From assembly GCA_030429625.1 (NCBI GenBank), contig JAUIFA010000001.1:207868-271867 (forward strand): a DNA stretch of 64,000 bases, written 5' to 3'. The stretch is from Alphaproteobacteria bacterium (GTDB lineage Bacteria; Pseudomonadota; Alphaproteobacteria; Rickettsiales; UBA8987). Each line of letters begins with the position of its first letter. Position 1 is the first letter of the stretch. The notes beneath the pieces are model-generated. The model did no database searches. It was not told the DNA's origin and was given only the letters and a program-made list of their open reading frames with translations. Shown piece by piece: positions 1-9,256 of the stretch. The position numbers and the translations under genes were made by a program.

Positions 1-432
1 ACGGCCAATTATTATCAGGGCGACGATCAGGTTTTTTCTACCAATGCCAGTGAAAACTTATCCGTGGAATATGGTATCAAAGCCAATGATCAGGCCTTTC
101 AAGACCTGATTGCTGCGTACCATAAAATAATGGATTATGAGGCATCAGGTACAGATGCCGATTACGAGGAAGCCTATGGTTTTGTCCAATCGGCCGTTGC
201 AGGGCTCAATGCAATGCGTTCAAGTATAGGCTTGGATATGGGTGCTTTAGAAGATTCAAACGCACAGCATGAGGCTACGTCTGCGTTGTTGACCGACTCT
301 CTCAACGATGAAATCGGAGTGGATTTGGTGGAGGCAACAATAAAGTCTTCTTTAACGGAGGCCACATTGACCGCAACCTTGCAAACCTTTTCTCGAATAA
401 GCCAACTGACATTGTCTGATTTCATCCGTTAG
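1..432 (+). CDS. flgL: Flagellar hook-associated protein 3, C-terminal part (5' end outside window)
   Basis: Open from base 1 (TANYYQGDD); flagellin-like C-terminus VDLVEAT...TFSRISQLTLSDFI; lies upstream of fliW. Confidence 0.85.
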   Translation, partial: TANYYQGDDQVFSTNASENLSVEYGIKANDQAFQDLIAAYHKIMDYEASGTDADYEEAYGFVQSAVAGLNAMRSSIGLDMGALEDSNAQHEATSALLTDSLNDEIGVDLVEATIKSSLTEATLTATLQTFSRISQLTLSDFIR

Positions 433-570
433 TTGGGAATTAGAAGGTTTTTAGATGGGCAAAGAAAGAAAAATTTATTGTTTAAATATAAGTGGGGAAA
501 TGATAAGATGTACACAAGAGCTGAGGTTACGGAAGAATCTTTTGATGTTGCAAGAACAAGGTTATTAAAC

Positions 571-1032
571 ATGTCAGCAGTCGAGGAAAACATAAGCAGT
601 GAAGTGATCAAAATAAGAAGCCGTTTTGGCGAAGTGGCCATTCATCTTGAGAATGCTATCTTTTTTCCCCAAGGGTTGTTGGGATTGCCGGATAACTTGC
701 ATTTTGGCCTCACCGAAATCCCTAAAGAAAATATGGGGCAGTTTAAGTTGTTACAGTGTTTGAACGACCATGACTTGTCTTTTGTGGTATTGCCGTTGGA
801 CATCGACAATATCCTCATTGACAAGGAAGACATTCAGGATTGTTGCCGTCAGGTCAATATTGCGGAAGAAAATCTGGCCATTCTATTGATTATTTCGGTA
901 CAACGTTCACCTGATGGGGTAAGAATTACCGCCAATGTGCGTGCGCCTATTTTAATTGATGTGCAAGACAGAGCTGCCATTCAATTTGTTTTTTCAAATA
1001 GTAAGTATAATATTTGCCATCCAATGGCTTAG
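571..1032 (+). CDS. fliW: Flagellar assembly factor FliW (start could be 508)
   Basis: SRFGEV, IFFPQGLLG, LQCLNDHDLSFVV, TANVRAPILI motifs. Confidence 0.9.
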   Translation: MSAVEENISSEVIKIRSRFGEVAIHLENAIFFPQGLLGLPDNLHFGLTEIPKENMGQFKLLQCLNDHDLSFVVLPLDIDNILIDKEDIQDCCRQVNIAEENLAILLIISVQRSPDGVRITANVRAPILIDVQDRAAIQFVFSNSKYNICHPMA

Positions 1033-1074
1033 CCGTTATATTGTAATTTTACGAATTAAATTTAAGATAGTAGC

Positions 1075-2247
1075 ATGTCAGAGATAAAGCGATATGCATT
1101 TCTAGACTCATTTTCTTGCATAGGAGCAGAATGTGAGGATACGTGCTGTAAGGGCTGGGGTATGCAGGTGGATCAGGGTACGATCACCCGCTATGAAAAA
1201 GATGCCCCTGAGCTTTTGGAGAGTGTCACATCCGGAGAGGCAGAAAATATCATGAAACGCAACCCTAAGACGGGGTATTGTGTGCGTTTTGACGATGGTT
1301 TATGTTCCATTCACCGTGAAAGGGGCGATGCGTTTCTGGGTGATGCCTGTCACTTTTTCCCTAGAATTACACGTAGAATCGGCGAGGAAGTCATTATGTC
1401 CGCGTCTATTTCCTGCCCTGAGATAGTCCGTATTATTTTAAACAGTGATGCGCCGTTTAAAGTTGAGAACAGGAGCATAGATCGTCAGCCTTATACATTG
1501 AAAAATTATTTACCAGAGGGATTGGAAGAGGGGCATGGTCAGGAAATCATTAGTGCTCTGATGGACATGGTAGAAGAGGCGCCCAACGCTGAGCGTGCCA
1601 TGGCGCGTATTGTTATCATTGCCAAATCATTGGAAACATTTGAGCCAGAAAAATGGCATGAAGTTGTCCCGTTTCTTATCAAAATGGCCGATAGCAGGCT
1701 TCTGCCACCACAAAAGAACCAGAACGACCCCTATTTCTTATTGCAAACATTATGGGCATTGATTCACGCTTCAGGAAACACAAAACGGCCGCGTATGGAA
1801 GAAGTATTTGAACGGATGGAAAAAGCTCTAGGTATGATAATTGATCGCTCTAGCCTCGATATTATGCTTAATGTTGGGCAGGAAGACTATCCACAAATTC
1901 TAAGCAAAAAGTGGGATATTTCTGCGCGGGAGGAAAGTGATAAAATTTTAAAACGTTGGATGCAGGCACAGCTGAGTATGGCAGGATTTCCGTTTGCTGG
2001 CTTTGGCAAAACATTATACGATCGGGCCGTTATCATGGCGGTACGGTTTGCCACCACAAAACTGGCTTTAATGTGTCACATGCAAGAAGATGGAAATAGG
2101 GCAGAGGACGCAGCAGTAGTAAAAATTATACAAACCATTTCACGTTTTATGGATCATCTTGCAGATCCGGAACTTTCCATTAATCTTTACACAGATGCTG
2201 GTTGGATGCACGATGCGCGCTTACGGGCTTTGGTGGGGGACAGTTAG
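1075..2247 (+). CDS. fliB: Flagellin lysine-N-methylase FliB family
   Basis: Cys-rich FSCIGAECEDTCCKGW, GLCSIH, ACHFFPR, SISCPE; flagellar context. Confidence 0.85.
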   Translation: MSEIKRYAFLDSFSCIGAECEDTCCKGWGMQVDQGTITRYEKDAPELLESVTSGEAENIMKRNPKTGYCVRFDDGLCSIHRERGDAFLGDACHFFPRITRRIGEEVIMSASISCPEIVRIILNSDAPFKVENRSIDRQPYTLKNYLPEGLEEGHGQEIISALMDMVEEAPNAERAMARIVIIAKSLETFEPEKWHEVVPFLIKMADSRLLPPQKNQNDPYFLLQTLWALIHASGNTKRPRMEEVFERMEKALGMIIDRSSLDIMLNVGQEDYPQILSKKWDISAREESDKILKRWMQAQLSMAGFPFAGFGKTLYDRAVIMAVRFATTKLALMCHMQEDGNRAEDAAVVKIIQTISRFMDHLADPELSINLYTDAGWMHDARLRALVGDS

Positions 2248-4046
2248 TGGAGAATATTGAGAAAGTTTATGTCCAAGCTACCCAACTTCATGAAAAGGGG
2301 CAGTTGGCTCAGGCCTTTGCTCTGTATAAACAAGTTATTGCGCTTAAGCCAAACCATGCCGACGCGTTGCACCGTATCGGGGTGATTTTTCATCAGAATG
2401 GGCAACATCATCAAGCCGTAGCCTGCATCGGTAAGGCCATTGAAATTGGGCCGGATAAGGCAGAATATCACTGCAATTTAGGCAGTTGCTTTATCCATTT
2501 GCAAAAACCTAAAGAAGCCGAAGGGCAATATAAAATTGCTCTGAGCCTTGATCCCAAAAGTGCCAGTGTCTACCAAAATATGGGTGTGTTGATGCATCAG
2601 CAAGACCGTTATAATGATGAGATTGCCAGTTATGCCAAGGGCAGAAAATTTCATCCCAATAACATCAAACTGCTCAATGAATTGGTCAAAACCAAGAAAG
2701 ATGCCTGCGATTGGGATGAGTTGGACGCGTTGAATAAACAGCTTCAAAAAGAAATCAAGAAGGAAATAAAAACCACCGGAAAAACCACTGCCACCGCCTT
2801 TCATATGCTTTACACATTTGATAGTTTTAAGGACCAGTATTACTTTGCCAAGGCCTATGCTAAGGGTAGGTTTACACCGTTAAAGACACTAAGAGACCAG
2901 TTGGCTTTTTCCTATCATCCTCGTAAAGGAGAAAAAATCCGTATTGGCTATGTTTGTTCGGATTTTGGCAACCATCCTACCGGACATTTGATGCGTACCA
3001 TGTTTGAGCATCACAATCGTGATCGGTTTGAGATTTTTGCCTATTCGTTGAATAAGGACGATGGCAGTGATTATTATAAAAACATTTCGCAAAGTGCAGA
3101 CCATTTTGTGGAGTTATTTGGTATGTCTATTCCGGACAAGGCCAAGCGGATAAATGCGGATAAGATTGATATTTTGCTCGATGTGATGGGCTATATCCAA
3201 AATTCGCAAAGTGAGATCTTTGCTCTCAGGCCTGCCCCGATTCAGGTCAGTTTTCTAGCCTATCCGGGGACGATGGGCGCGGAATTTATTGATTATCTGG
3301 TGACCGATTCGCAGGTGGTGCATCTGGGAGAGGAAAAATATTTCACCGAGAAATTATTAAAGATGCCCGACAGTTATTTTGTCACCGACAATCAGCAAAA
3401 AATATCAGACGATGTGCCGAGCCGGGCAGAATGTGGTTTGCCGGAAGAGGGCTTTGTTTTTGCCTGTTTTAATAAGCCCTATAAAATTACTGCCCAGATG
3501 TTTGATCTTTGGGCACAGATTTTAAAACAAGTGCCAGATTCAGTGCTGTGGTTGTTTAGCAATATAAAAGATTGTGAAGATAATTTAAAGAAAGAGGCAG
3601 AAAAACGTGGTTTTGCGGATCGGTTGGTATTTGCTAAACGGGAAGAAAAATCCCAACATCTGGCACGTCATGCGTTGGCAGATATGTTTTTGGATTGTTT
3701 TGAAATCAATGCTCATACTACGGCCATTGATGCGCTTTGGGCGGGTTTGCCGGTGTTAACCAAGCCGGGGAATTCCATTATTTCCCGTGCTTCGGCAAGC
3801 ATCATCAATGCCATGGGGATGGAAAATTGGGTGGTTACTTCAAATGAGGAATATGTCGAAAAAGCAGTGTATTATGCCACCAATCCAACCAAACTATCTG
3901 CTGAGAAGAAAAAGCTAAAGACGTTAAAAAACAAAACTGCCTTGTTTGATACGGCAAAATACGTTAAATCACTTGAAGAAGGTTTCTTACAAGCGTATGA
4001 ACAATATAAAGAAAGCCAGCCACCAAAGGAGATTAATGTCATATGA
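2247..4046 (+). CDS. TPR-containing GT41 O-GlcNAc transferase (OGT-like)
   Basis: N-terminal TPRs; RIGYVCSDFGNHPTGHLM, PAPIQVSFLAYPGT, FNKPYKI, NAHTTAIDALWAG; GTG start overlaps the fliB stop. Confidence 0.88.
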   Translation: MENIEKVYVQATQLHEKGQLAQAFALYKQVIALKPNHADALHRIGVIFHQNGQHHQAVACIGKAIEIGPDKAEYHCNLGSCFIHLQKPKEAEGQYKIALSLDPKSASVYQNMGVLMHQQDRYNDEIASYAKGRKFHPNNIKLLNELVKTKKDACDWDELDALNKQLQKEIKKEIKTTGKTTATAFHMLYTFDSFKDQYYFAKAYAKGRFTPLKTLRDQLAFSYHPRKGEKIRIGYVCSDFGNHPTGHLMRTMFEHHNRDRFEIFAYSLNKDDGSDYYKNISQSADHFVELFGMSIPDKAKRINADKIDILLDVMGYIQNSQSEIFALRPAPIQVSFLAYPGTMGAEFIDYLVTDSQVVHLGEEKYFTEKLLKMPDSYFVTDNQQKISDDVPSRAECGLPEEGFVFACFNKPYKITAQMFDLWAQILKQVPDSVLWLFSNIKDCEDNLKKEAEKRGFADRLVFAKREEKSQHLARHALADMFLDCFEINAHTTAIDALWAGLPVLTKPGNSIISRASASIINAMGMENWVVTSNEEYVEKAVYYATNPTKLSAEKKKLKTLKNKTALFDTAKYVKSLEEGFLQAYEQYKESQPPKEINVI

Positions 4047-4345
4047 TGGTGTCCAACCCATTATTTTATCTGATTTATATCGTCATTGAGGTCTATACTT
4101 ATTTGCTTGTGGCCTATGTAATTATTAGCTGGCTCATTGCGTTTGAGGTGATTAATCGTCACAGTCAATTTGTACAACAGATCAGCTATGCGTTGCATCG
4201 CCTTTTTGAACCGGTGTTGAAGCGCATCCGTCCTCACATGCCGGATTTAGGTGGCATAGACCTTTCTGTGTTGGTGTTGTTCATTGGTGTTCAGGTGGTG
4301 GCCTATACGGTACGCTGGGTAGAATATAACCTTGCTCAAATGTGA
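4043..4345 (+). CDS. YggT family membrane protein
   Basis: ISWL...EPVLKRIR...GGIDLS. Confidence 0.9.
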   Translation: MMVSNPLFYLIYIVIEVYTYLLVAYVIISWLIAFEVINRHSQFVQQISYALHRLFEPVLKRIRPHMPDLGGIDLSVLVLFIGVQVVAYTVRWVEYNLAQM

Positions 4346-4650
4346 TGCGTTTTTTTAAAGAGCATAAATCAGGGGTGGTTATTAGCATTAAAGTAATTCC
4401 TGCGAGTTCAAAAAATATGATAGAAGGCGTATGTGAAGACGCAGACGGTCAGGAATATCTCAGAATCAAAGTCACCGAAGTCCCTGAAAAAGGCAAGGCA
4501 AACAAACTGGTGTTAAAATTATTAGCCAAAGAATGGGGGTTCGCACCCTCAAGCCTAGAAATTATCTCTAAACCAACCAACAAACACAAATCCATCCTTG
4601 TTTATGGTGACACACAGGAGATTCTAAATTTCTTAGATGAGATGTATTAA
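4345..4650 (+). CDS. DUF167/YggU family protein
   Basis: IKVIPASSKN, PEKGKAN; follows the YggT gene. Confidence 0.85.
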   Translation: MRFFKEHKSGVVISIKVIPASSKNMIEGVCEDADGQEYLRIKVTEVPEKGKANKLVLKLLAKEWGFAPSSLEIISKPTNKHKSILVYGDTQEILNFLDEMY

Positions 4651-5183
4651 CGTTTCCGGCGCAGCAAAACATAGACCGCACCCTGACCGCCATCTTTGGG
4701 CAAGGCGTGACAGAACATCAAGATAAAAGGGCGGACTTCTGGCAGGTTAAGCCAGTTGGGGAGGTTGCTGTAGAGTGCTCCATAATTTCCCTGTTTGTCC
4801 TTACCCTTGCCGGTGACAATGCATACACAGCGCCAATCATTGATATAGCTATTGCGGATAAATTCGATGGTTTTTTTGATGGCGGGTTCTTGATAATAGC
4901 CATGCAGATCAAGTGTCGCATCAAGGGCTATTTTGCCCGTACGTAGTTTTTTAGCCAAATTGCCGTCGACAAAAGACGAATCGTTTAGGGCTAGCTCAGG
5001 ATAATTCTTTGCATCAACATATTCTAGATTAAGTTGGGTGGTATTATTTGTCTTGGAAGATTTTCCTGCGGTGTGGGTTTTTATCAGCGCGTCTGGGCTG
5101 ATGATTTTTTTATTTTTTAGTGGTTGCACATCGCCAACTTCCTGTTGCCAATCACTGTCACTATGTTGATTATCATCTTCCAC
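4647..5183 (-). CDS. Smr/MutS2-domain protein
   Basis: LDLHG, IVTGKG, GGQGAVYVLL. Confidence 0.9.
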   Translation of the reverse strand: MEDDNQHSDSDWQQEVGDVQPLKNKKIISPDALIKTHTAGKSSKTNNTTQLNLEYVDAKNYPELALNDSSFVDGNLAKKLRTGKIALDATLDLHGYYQEPAIKKTIEFIRNSYINDWRCVCIVTGKGKDKQGNYGALYSNLPNWLNLPEVRPFILMFCHALPKDGGQGAVYVLLRRKR

Positions 5184-5910
5184 AAATTTTACATTCAGAG
5201 TCGGGCGTTAGAGAAATCTTCCGGCTAGTGGCCGCAAGTCCATCATAGAGTAGCATAGATCCGGCCAAACTGCCAATGCCAATAATTTCTTTGATAATTT
5301 CCGTTGCCTGCATCGCTCCCATTGTACCGGCAACACTGCCAAGAATTCCTGCCTCAGAACAATTGGGCATTGTGCCTTCCGGTGGAATGTCGCCATAGAT
5401 ACAGCGATAGCAGGGGGCATTGGGTTTAAACACATAAAGATGACCTTCAAAGCGGTGAATAGCCGCAGAAACCAGAATCTTGCCGGCCTTTATAACCGTA
5501 TCATTAAGTAGAAAACGGGTTTCAAAATTATCACTCCCATCAACGATGATGTCATAGTCAGCAATAATTTGAACAATATTCTGCGCATCAAGACGCTGAT
5601 CGTAACAGGTGATGTTAATCTCAGGATTAAGGTCAAGCAGAGCTTCTTTGGCACTTTCGGCTTTGCTCTGCCCGATGTCCGATGTTTCAAAAAGAATCTG
5701 GCGCTGTAAATTGGAAAGATCCACCACATCACCATCAATGATGCCAAGATTTCCTACTCCGCTAGCAGCCAGATACAGAAGAACAGGCGAGCCTAAACCA
5801 CCCGCACCAACTACCAGAACCCGTGCGTTGAGCAATTTTTGTTGCCCTTCTTCGCCCACTTCCGGAAGAATGATATTACGCGAATAACGCCGTTTTTGGT
5901 CGTGAAGCAT
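5173..5910 (-). CDS. MoeB/ThiF-family adenylyltransferase (no rhodanese domain)
   Basis: RYSR, GAGGLGSP, SNLQRQ, DGSDNF, two CxxC motifs. Confidence 0.88.
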   Translation of the reverse strand: MLHDQKRRYSRNIILPEVGEEGQQKLLNARVLVVGAGGLGSPVLLYLAASGVGNLGIIDGDVVDLSNLQRQILFETSDIGQSKAESAKEALLDLNPEINITCYDQRLDAQNIVQIIADYDIIVDGSDNFETRFLLNDTVIKAGKILVSAAIHRFEGHLYVFKPNAPCYRCIYGDIPPEGTMPNCSEAGILGSVAGTMGAMQATEIIKEIIGIGSLAGSMLLYDGLAATSRKISLTPDSECKICGR

Positions 5911-5959
5911 ACGGTTTGCCTCGCAAAGCAACACTAGATTTTAAAATCCGGCAACCTGA

Positions 5960-6949
5960 TTATAAATCGTTAAACAACGCTGTAGACATATAACGTTCGG
6001 CTGTAGAAGCCACAATCACCACGATTTTCTTGCCTTTATTCTCTGGGCGGGCAGCAACTTCCAACGCCGCAGCAATGGTGGCGCCAGAAGAAATCCCTAC
6101 CGGAATACCATCACTTTGAGCCACTTTGCGTGCGGTTTCAAAAGAAGTTTCATTGCCAACAGTGACCACTTCATCAATCAAGTCGGTTTTAAGAATGTCC
6201 GGAACAAAACCCGCACCGATGCCTTGAATTTTATGTGGTCCGGGTTGACCGCCAGAAAGCACAGGGCTGTCTTCAGGTTCAACCGCGATAATTTTTACCG
6301 AAGGTTTCTTTTCTTTCAACACTTCAGCCGTTCCAGTTAATGTACCGCCCGTTCCCACGCCGGTGATAAAAATATCAACTTCACCGTTTGTATCATTCCA
6401 AATTTCAATAGCGGTAGTGTTGCGGTGAACAAGAGGATTAGCAGGATTTTGGAATTGTTGTGGAATCACAGAATTGTCTATTTTGCTGGCTAGCTCTTCC
6501 GCACGCTCAATTGCTCCGCGCATGCCTTTAGCAGCAGGAGTAAGTTCAAGCTGAGCGCCTAGTAATTTCAACATGTTACGACGTTCAATGGACATACTCT
6601 CAGGCATGGTAAGAATCAATTTATACCCTTTTGCAGCACAGATGAAGGCCAACGCAATGCCTGTATTTCCAGAAGTTGCTTCAATGAGGGTGGTGTCCTG
6701 ATTGATAGCTCCAGTAGCTTCACCGGCCTCAATCATAGAAAGTGCCAAGCGGTCTTTGACCGATGAAAGTGGGTTAAAGAACTCTAATTTGGCATAGATT
6801 TCAGCCACGGCACCGGCTTCTTCCGCAATTCGGTTAAGGCGCACAAGAGGTGTGTTCCCAATTGTTTCGGCAATGTTATTATAGACTTGACCACGTCCTT
6901 GTGTTGAAAAAGCATTGTGGTTTTCATTCTTTATAGCTGCAACAGACAT
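5960..6949 (-). CDS. cysK: Cysteine synthase A
   Basis: [32 protein letters not shown]. Confidence 0.95.
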   Translation of the reverse strand: MSVAAIKNENHNAFSTQGRGQVYNNIAETIGNTPLVRLNRIAEEAGAVAEIYAKLEFFNPLSSVKDRLALSMIEAGEATGAINQDTTLIEATSGNTGIALAFICAAKGYKLILTMPESMSIERRNMLKLLGAQLELTPAAKGMRGAIERAEELASKIDNSVIPQQFQNPANPLVHRNTTAIEIWNDTNGEVDIFITGVGTGGTLTGTAEVLKEKKPSVKIIAVEPEDSPVLSGGQPGPHKIQGIGAGFVPDILKTDLIDEVVTVGNETSFETARKVAQSDGIPVGISSGATIAAALEVAARPENKGKKIVVIVASTAERYMSTALFNDL

Positions 6950-7055
6950 ATTCTCTACCCTTAATTTGTTGACATATATTTGTAATATGACGATTAGTTA
7001 TATACTTAATAAACAGATATTCAAGGGAATTTGTTATTTTTTAAAATTAACAAAT

Positions 7056-7493
7056 TTATATTGTGAAATCAGTATTGGATTTACTGCCGCAGGGCAATAT
7101 ATCAAGCTCTTTAGTTTTTGTGCATAAGTCAGCAATTGAAATAGTGTTGAGATAGTCTTCAAAAGCTTGAACAGCATCGTTTTCTATGGAGGAGATAATG
7201 TGTGTGTTGATGTTAGAGCTTGAGATATTATCTTTATTTTCCAGCTCTCTGGTTGCTGCATAAATATCAGATAACATCATCTTTCGTCGATCGTTAGCCA
7301 GTAAATATCCGCCTTTTGGCCCACGCACCCCTTTTAAAATATTATGCTGTACCAGTTTTTGTAAAATCTGTTCCAGATAGCGAAGGGTTAAATTCATGTA
7401 TGTACAGATATCATTGCTGCGCACCGGCTTGCTGCCGTTGTGACAGGCAATAAACAACACTGCTTCAATCGCAATAAAAGTCTTTTTTGTCAT
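7056..7493 (-). CDS. Rrf2-family regulator (CymR-like position, upstream of cysK)
   Basis: RYLEQILQKL, GVRGPKGGYLLA. Confidence 0.85.
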   Translation of the reverse strand: MTKKTFIAIEAVLFIACHNGSKPVRSNDICTYMNLTLRYLEQILQKLVQHNILKGVRGPKGGYLLANDRRKMMLSDIYAATRELENKDNISSSNINTHIISSIENDAVQAFEDYLNTISIADLCTKTKELDILPCGSKSNTDFTI

Positions 7494-7578
7494 TGTAATA
7501 TACTAATATTTACCGTTAATATATACGGAATTAGTATCGTTAACCGCCAAAGAAATCAAGCAGAATATCTATTTACAT

Positions 7579-9036
7579 TCAGAATATGATAAAATCCGAT
7601 TCTGCCAGTGATGAAATTCCTGTCAATGAAACTGAAGCACCTACACCTAGAGTTAGCGTTCCTCCGCTAAAATGTGAGGCCGCTTCTGCTGCGGTAGCAT
7701 AAATGTCAGAGCTGATTTTAATAAGGTCGCTACCTCGTGAAAAGTCGGTGATAACATCAATTCCAGACCCAACATTAAACACAAATATGTCTGCCCCTGT
7801 GCCGCCAGTCATGGTGTCGTTACCAAGGTCACCAAACATAAAATCGTCCCCAGCTCCGCCATAAAGCAGGTCTTGCGCGGTACCACCATGAACGGTATCG
7901 TTATCATTGTCGCCATAGACGGTGTCATTCCCTTTGTTGCCGTTGACAAAATCATTACCGTCTTGTCCATAAATTAGATCCTGATCTTTACCGCCTAACA
8001 TACGGTATTCATTCCCAGAACCGCCGTACAGAGTGTCATTGCCTTGATTGCCATTGGCAAAGGCATCGTCGCCTGTTCCCATGGTGATGTAATCATTGCC
8101 TACGCCTCCACGGGCTTCATCAATACCAGTGCCTCCGTCGAGTGTGTCGTCATCTTCGTCACCATAGAGTGTGTCGTTGCCACCATTGCCATAAATTAAA
8201 TCATCGCCTGCTCCGCCATAAATAAGGTCATTGGTTTGGTCGACTTCGGAGCCGCCGCCACCTCCGCCACCAGAGCCACCACCTCCGCCACCAGAGCCAC
8301 CACCTCCGCCGCCAGAGCCACCACCTCCGCCGCCAGAGCTTTCGCTACTGCCAGATTCACCGGAAATAGTGTCGTTACCAGCGCCGCCATTGATTGTGTC
8401 GTTACCAGAGCCGCCATCAATCGTGTCATCTCCACCACCACTATCAACCGTATCGTTACCAGAGCCACCATCAATCGTGTCGTTGCCACCGCCACCATCA
8501 ATCGTGTCGTCCCCAGTACCGCCGGTGATAATTATGGGATCGTCATTTTCTCCGCCTAGACCACTCTCTTCATCTTCACTGACGCGGATGGTAAAATCAT
8601 AATTCTCTACCGAGCCATGTTCTATGGTAATTTTGATGTAATAAGTGGCGGTAGCCTCTGCTGTGAAGGCATTAATTTCGGTGTTGTCATCGGCTGATTG
8701 CATCGCTTCACCATCGACAGCCTCATAATTGACTTGCAATTGATAGCCTTCGTCATCAAAAATAGCAATGTCGTAATCCACATTTTCAGCCGCATCCACA
8801 ATAAAGTCGTAGATCACGTCCTGCGTTAGAATGATTGTTGCAAAATAACTGTTGTTGATAGTTTGAGGTGAGCCGTCATACCCCACTGTATTGAATGTGT
8901 CGCTGCTTCCAATGCCGATGTAACTAACCAGCTCTTCGTCCAGAGTAATTTCTACTTCTGGATTTTGGAAAATATCCGATGCAAAAACGGCAGCCGCATC
9001 ACCATCTGATGATATTCTTACCATGTTCCCCTCCAT
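7579..9036 (-). CDS. RTX Ca-binding secreted protein with a PPC-like N-domain and Gly/Ser linker
   Basis: Many GGxGxDxIx nonapeptides; C-terminal DVITDF motif typical of T1SS substrates; very acidic. Confidence 0.85.
   Translation of the reverse strand: MEGNMVRISSDGDAAAVFASDIFQNPEVEITLDEELVSYIGIGSSDTFNTVGYDGSPQTINNSYFATIILTQDVIYDFIVDAAENVDYDIAIFDDEGYQLQVNYEAVDGEAMQSADDNTEINAFTAEATATYYIKITIEHGSVENYDFTIRVSEDEESGLGGENDDPIIITGGTGDDTIDGGGGNDTIDGGSGNDTVDSGGGDDTIDGGSGNDTINGGAGNDTISGESGSSESSGGGGGGSGGGGGGSGGGGGGSGGGGGGGSEVDQTNDLIYGGAGDDLIYGNGGNDTLYGDEDDDTLDGGTGIDEARGGVGNDYITMGTGDDAFANGNQGNDTLYGGSGNEYRMLGGKDQDLIYGQDGNDFVNGNKGNDTVYGDNDNDTVHGGTAQDLLYGGAGDDFMFGDLGNDTMTGGTGADIFVFNVGSGIDVITDFSRGSDLIKISSDIYATAAEAASHFSGGTLTLGVGASVSLTGISSLAESDFIIF
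8248..8338. repeat. About 4 copies of a 21-bp tandem repeat encoding SGGGGGG
   Basis: agagccaccacctccgcc(a/g)cc units. Confidence 0.9.
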
Positions 9037-9072
9037 GTTAAGCCCGTTGCAGGCTTATAACGTCATACCCCA

Positions 9073-9104
9073 ATTGTATCATAAAAATATTAACAATTCA
9101 CTAA
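9073..9104 (-). promoter_or_regulatory. Near-consensus CtrA-type box plus -10 element upstream of the RTX gene
   Basis: Minus strand TTAG-N7-TTAA-N11-TACAAT. Confidence 0.5.
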
Positions 9105-9256
9105 TTTTCTACGTTTGTGGCCGTTAAACATAAATAAATAGACGTTCACCATATAAATTTCTTGAAAATTAGCCCATTTGGGCTATTAAAAGTGATTCTC
9201 AACAGGTGCCTGTTTGAAGTGTGGGTGCTGTAACAATTAATCTTAAGGGAAAACTC

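Noticed and set aside
8196-8602. Poly-Pro and Ala/Thr-rich ORFs
   Set aside because: Antisense or alternate-frame shadows of the RTX Gly repeats
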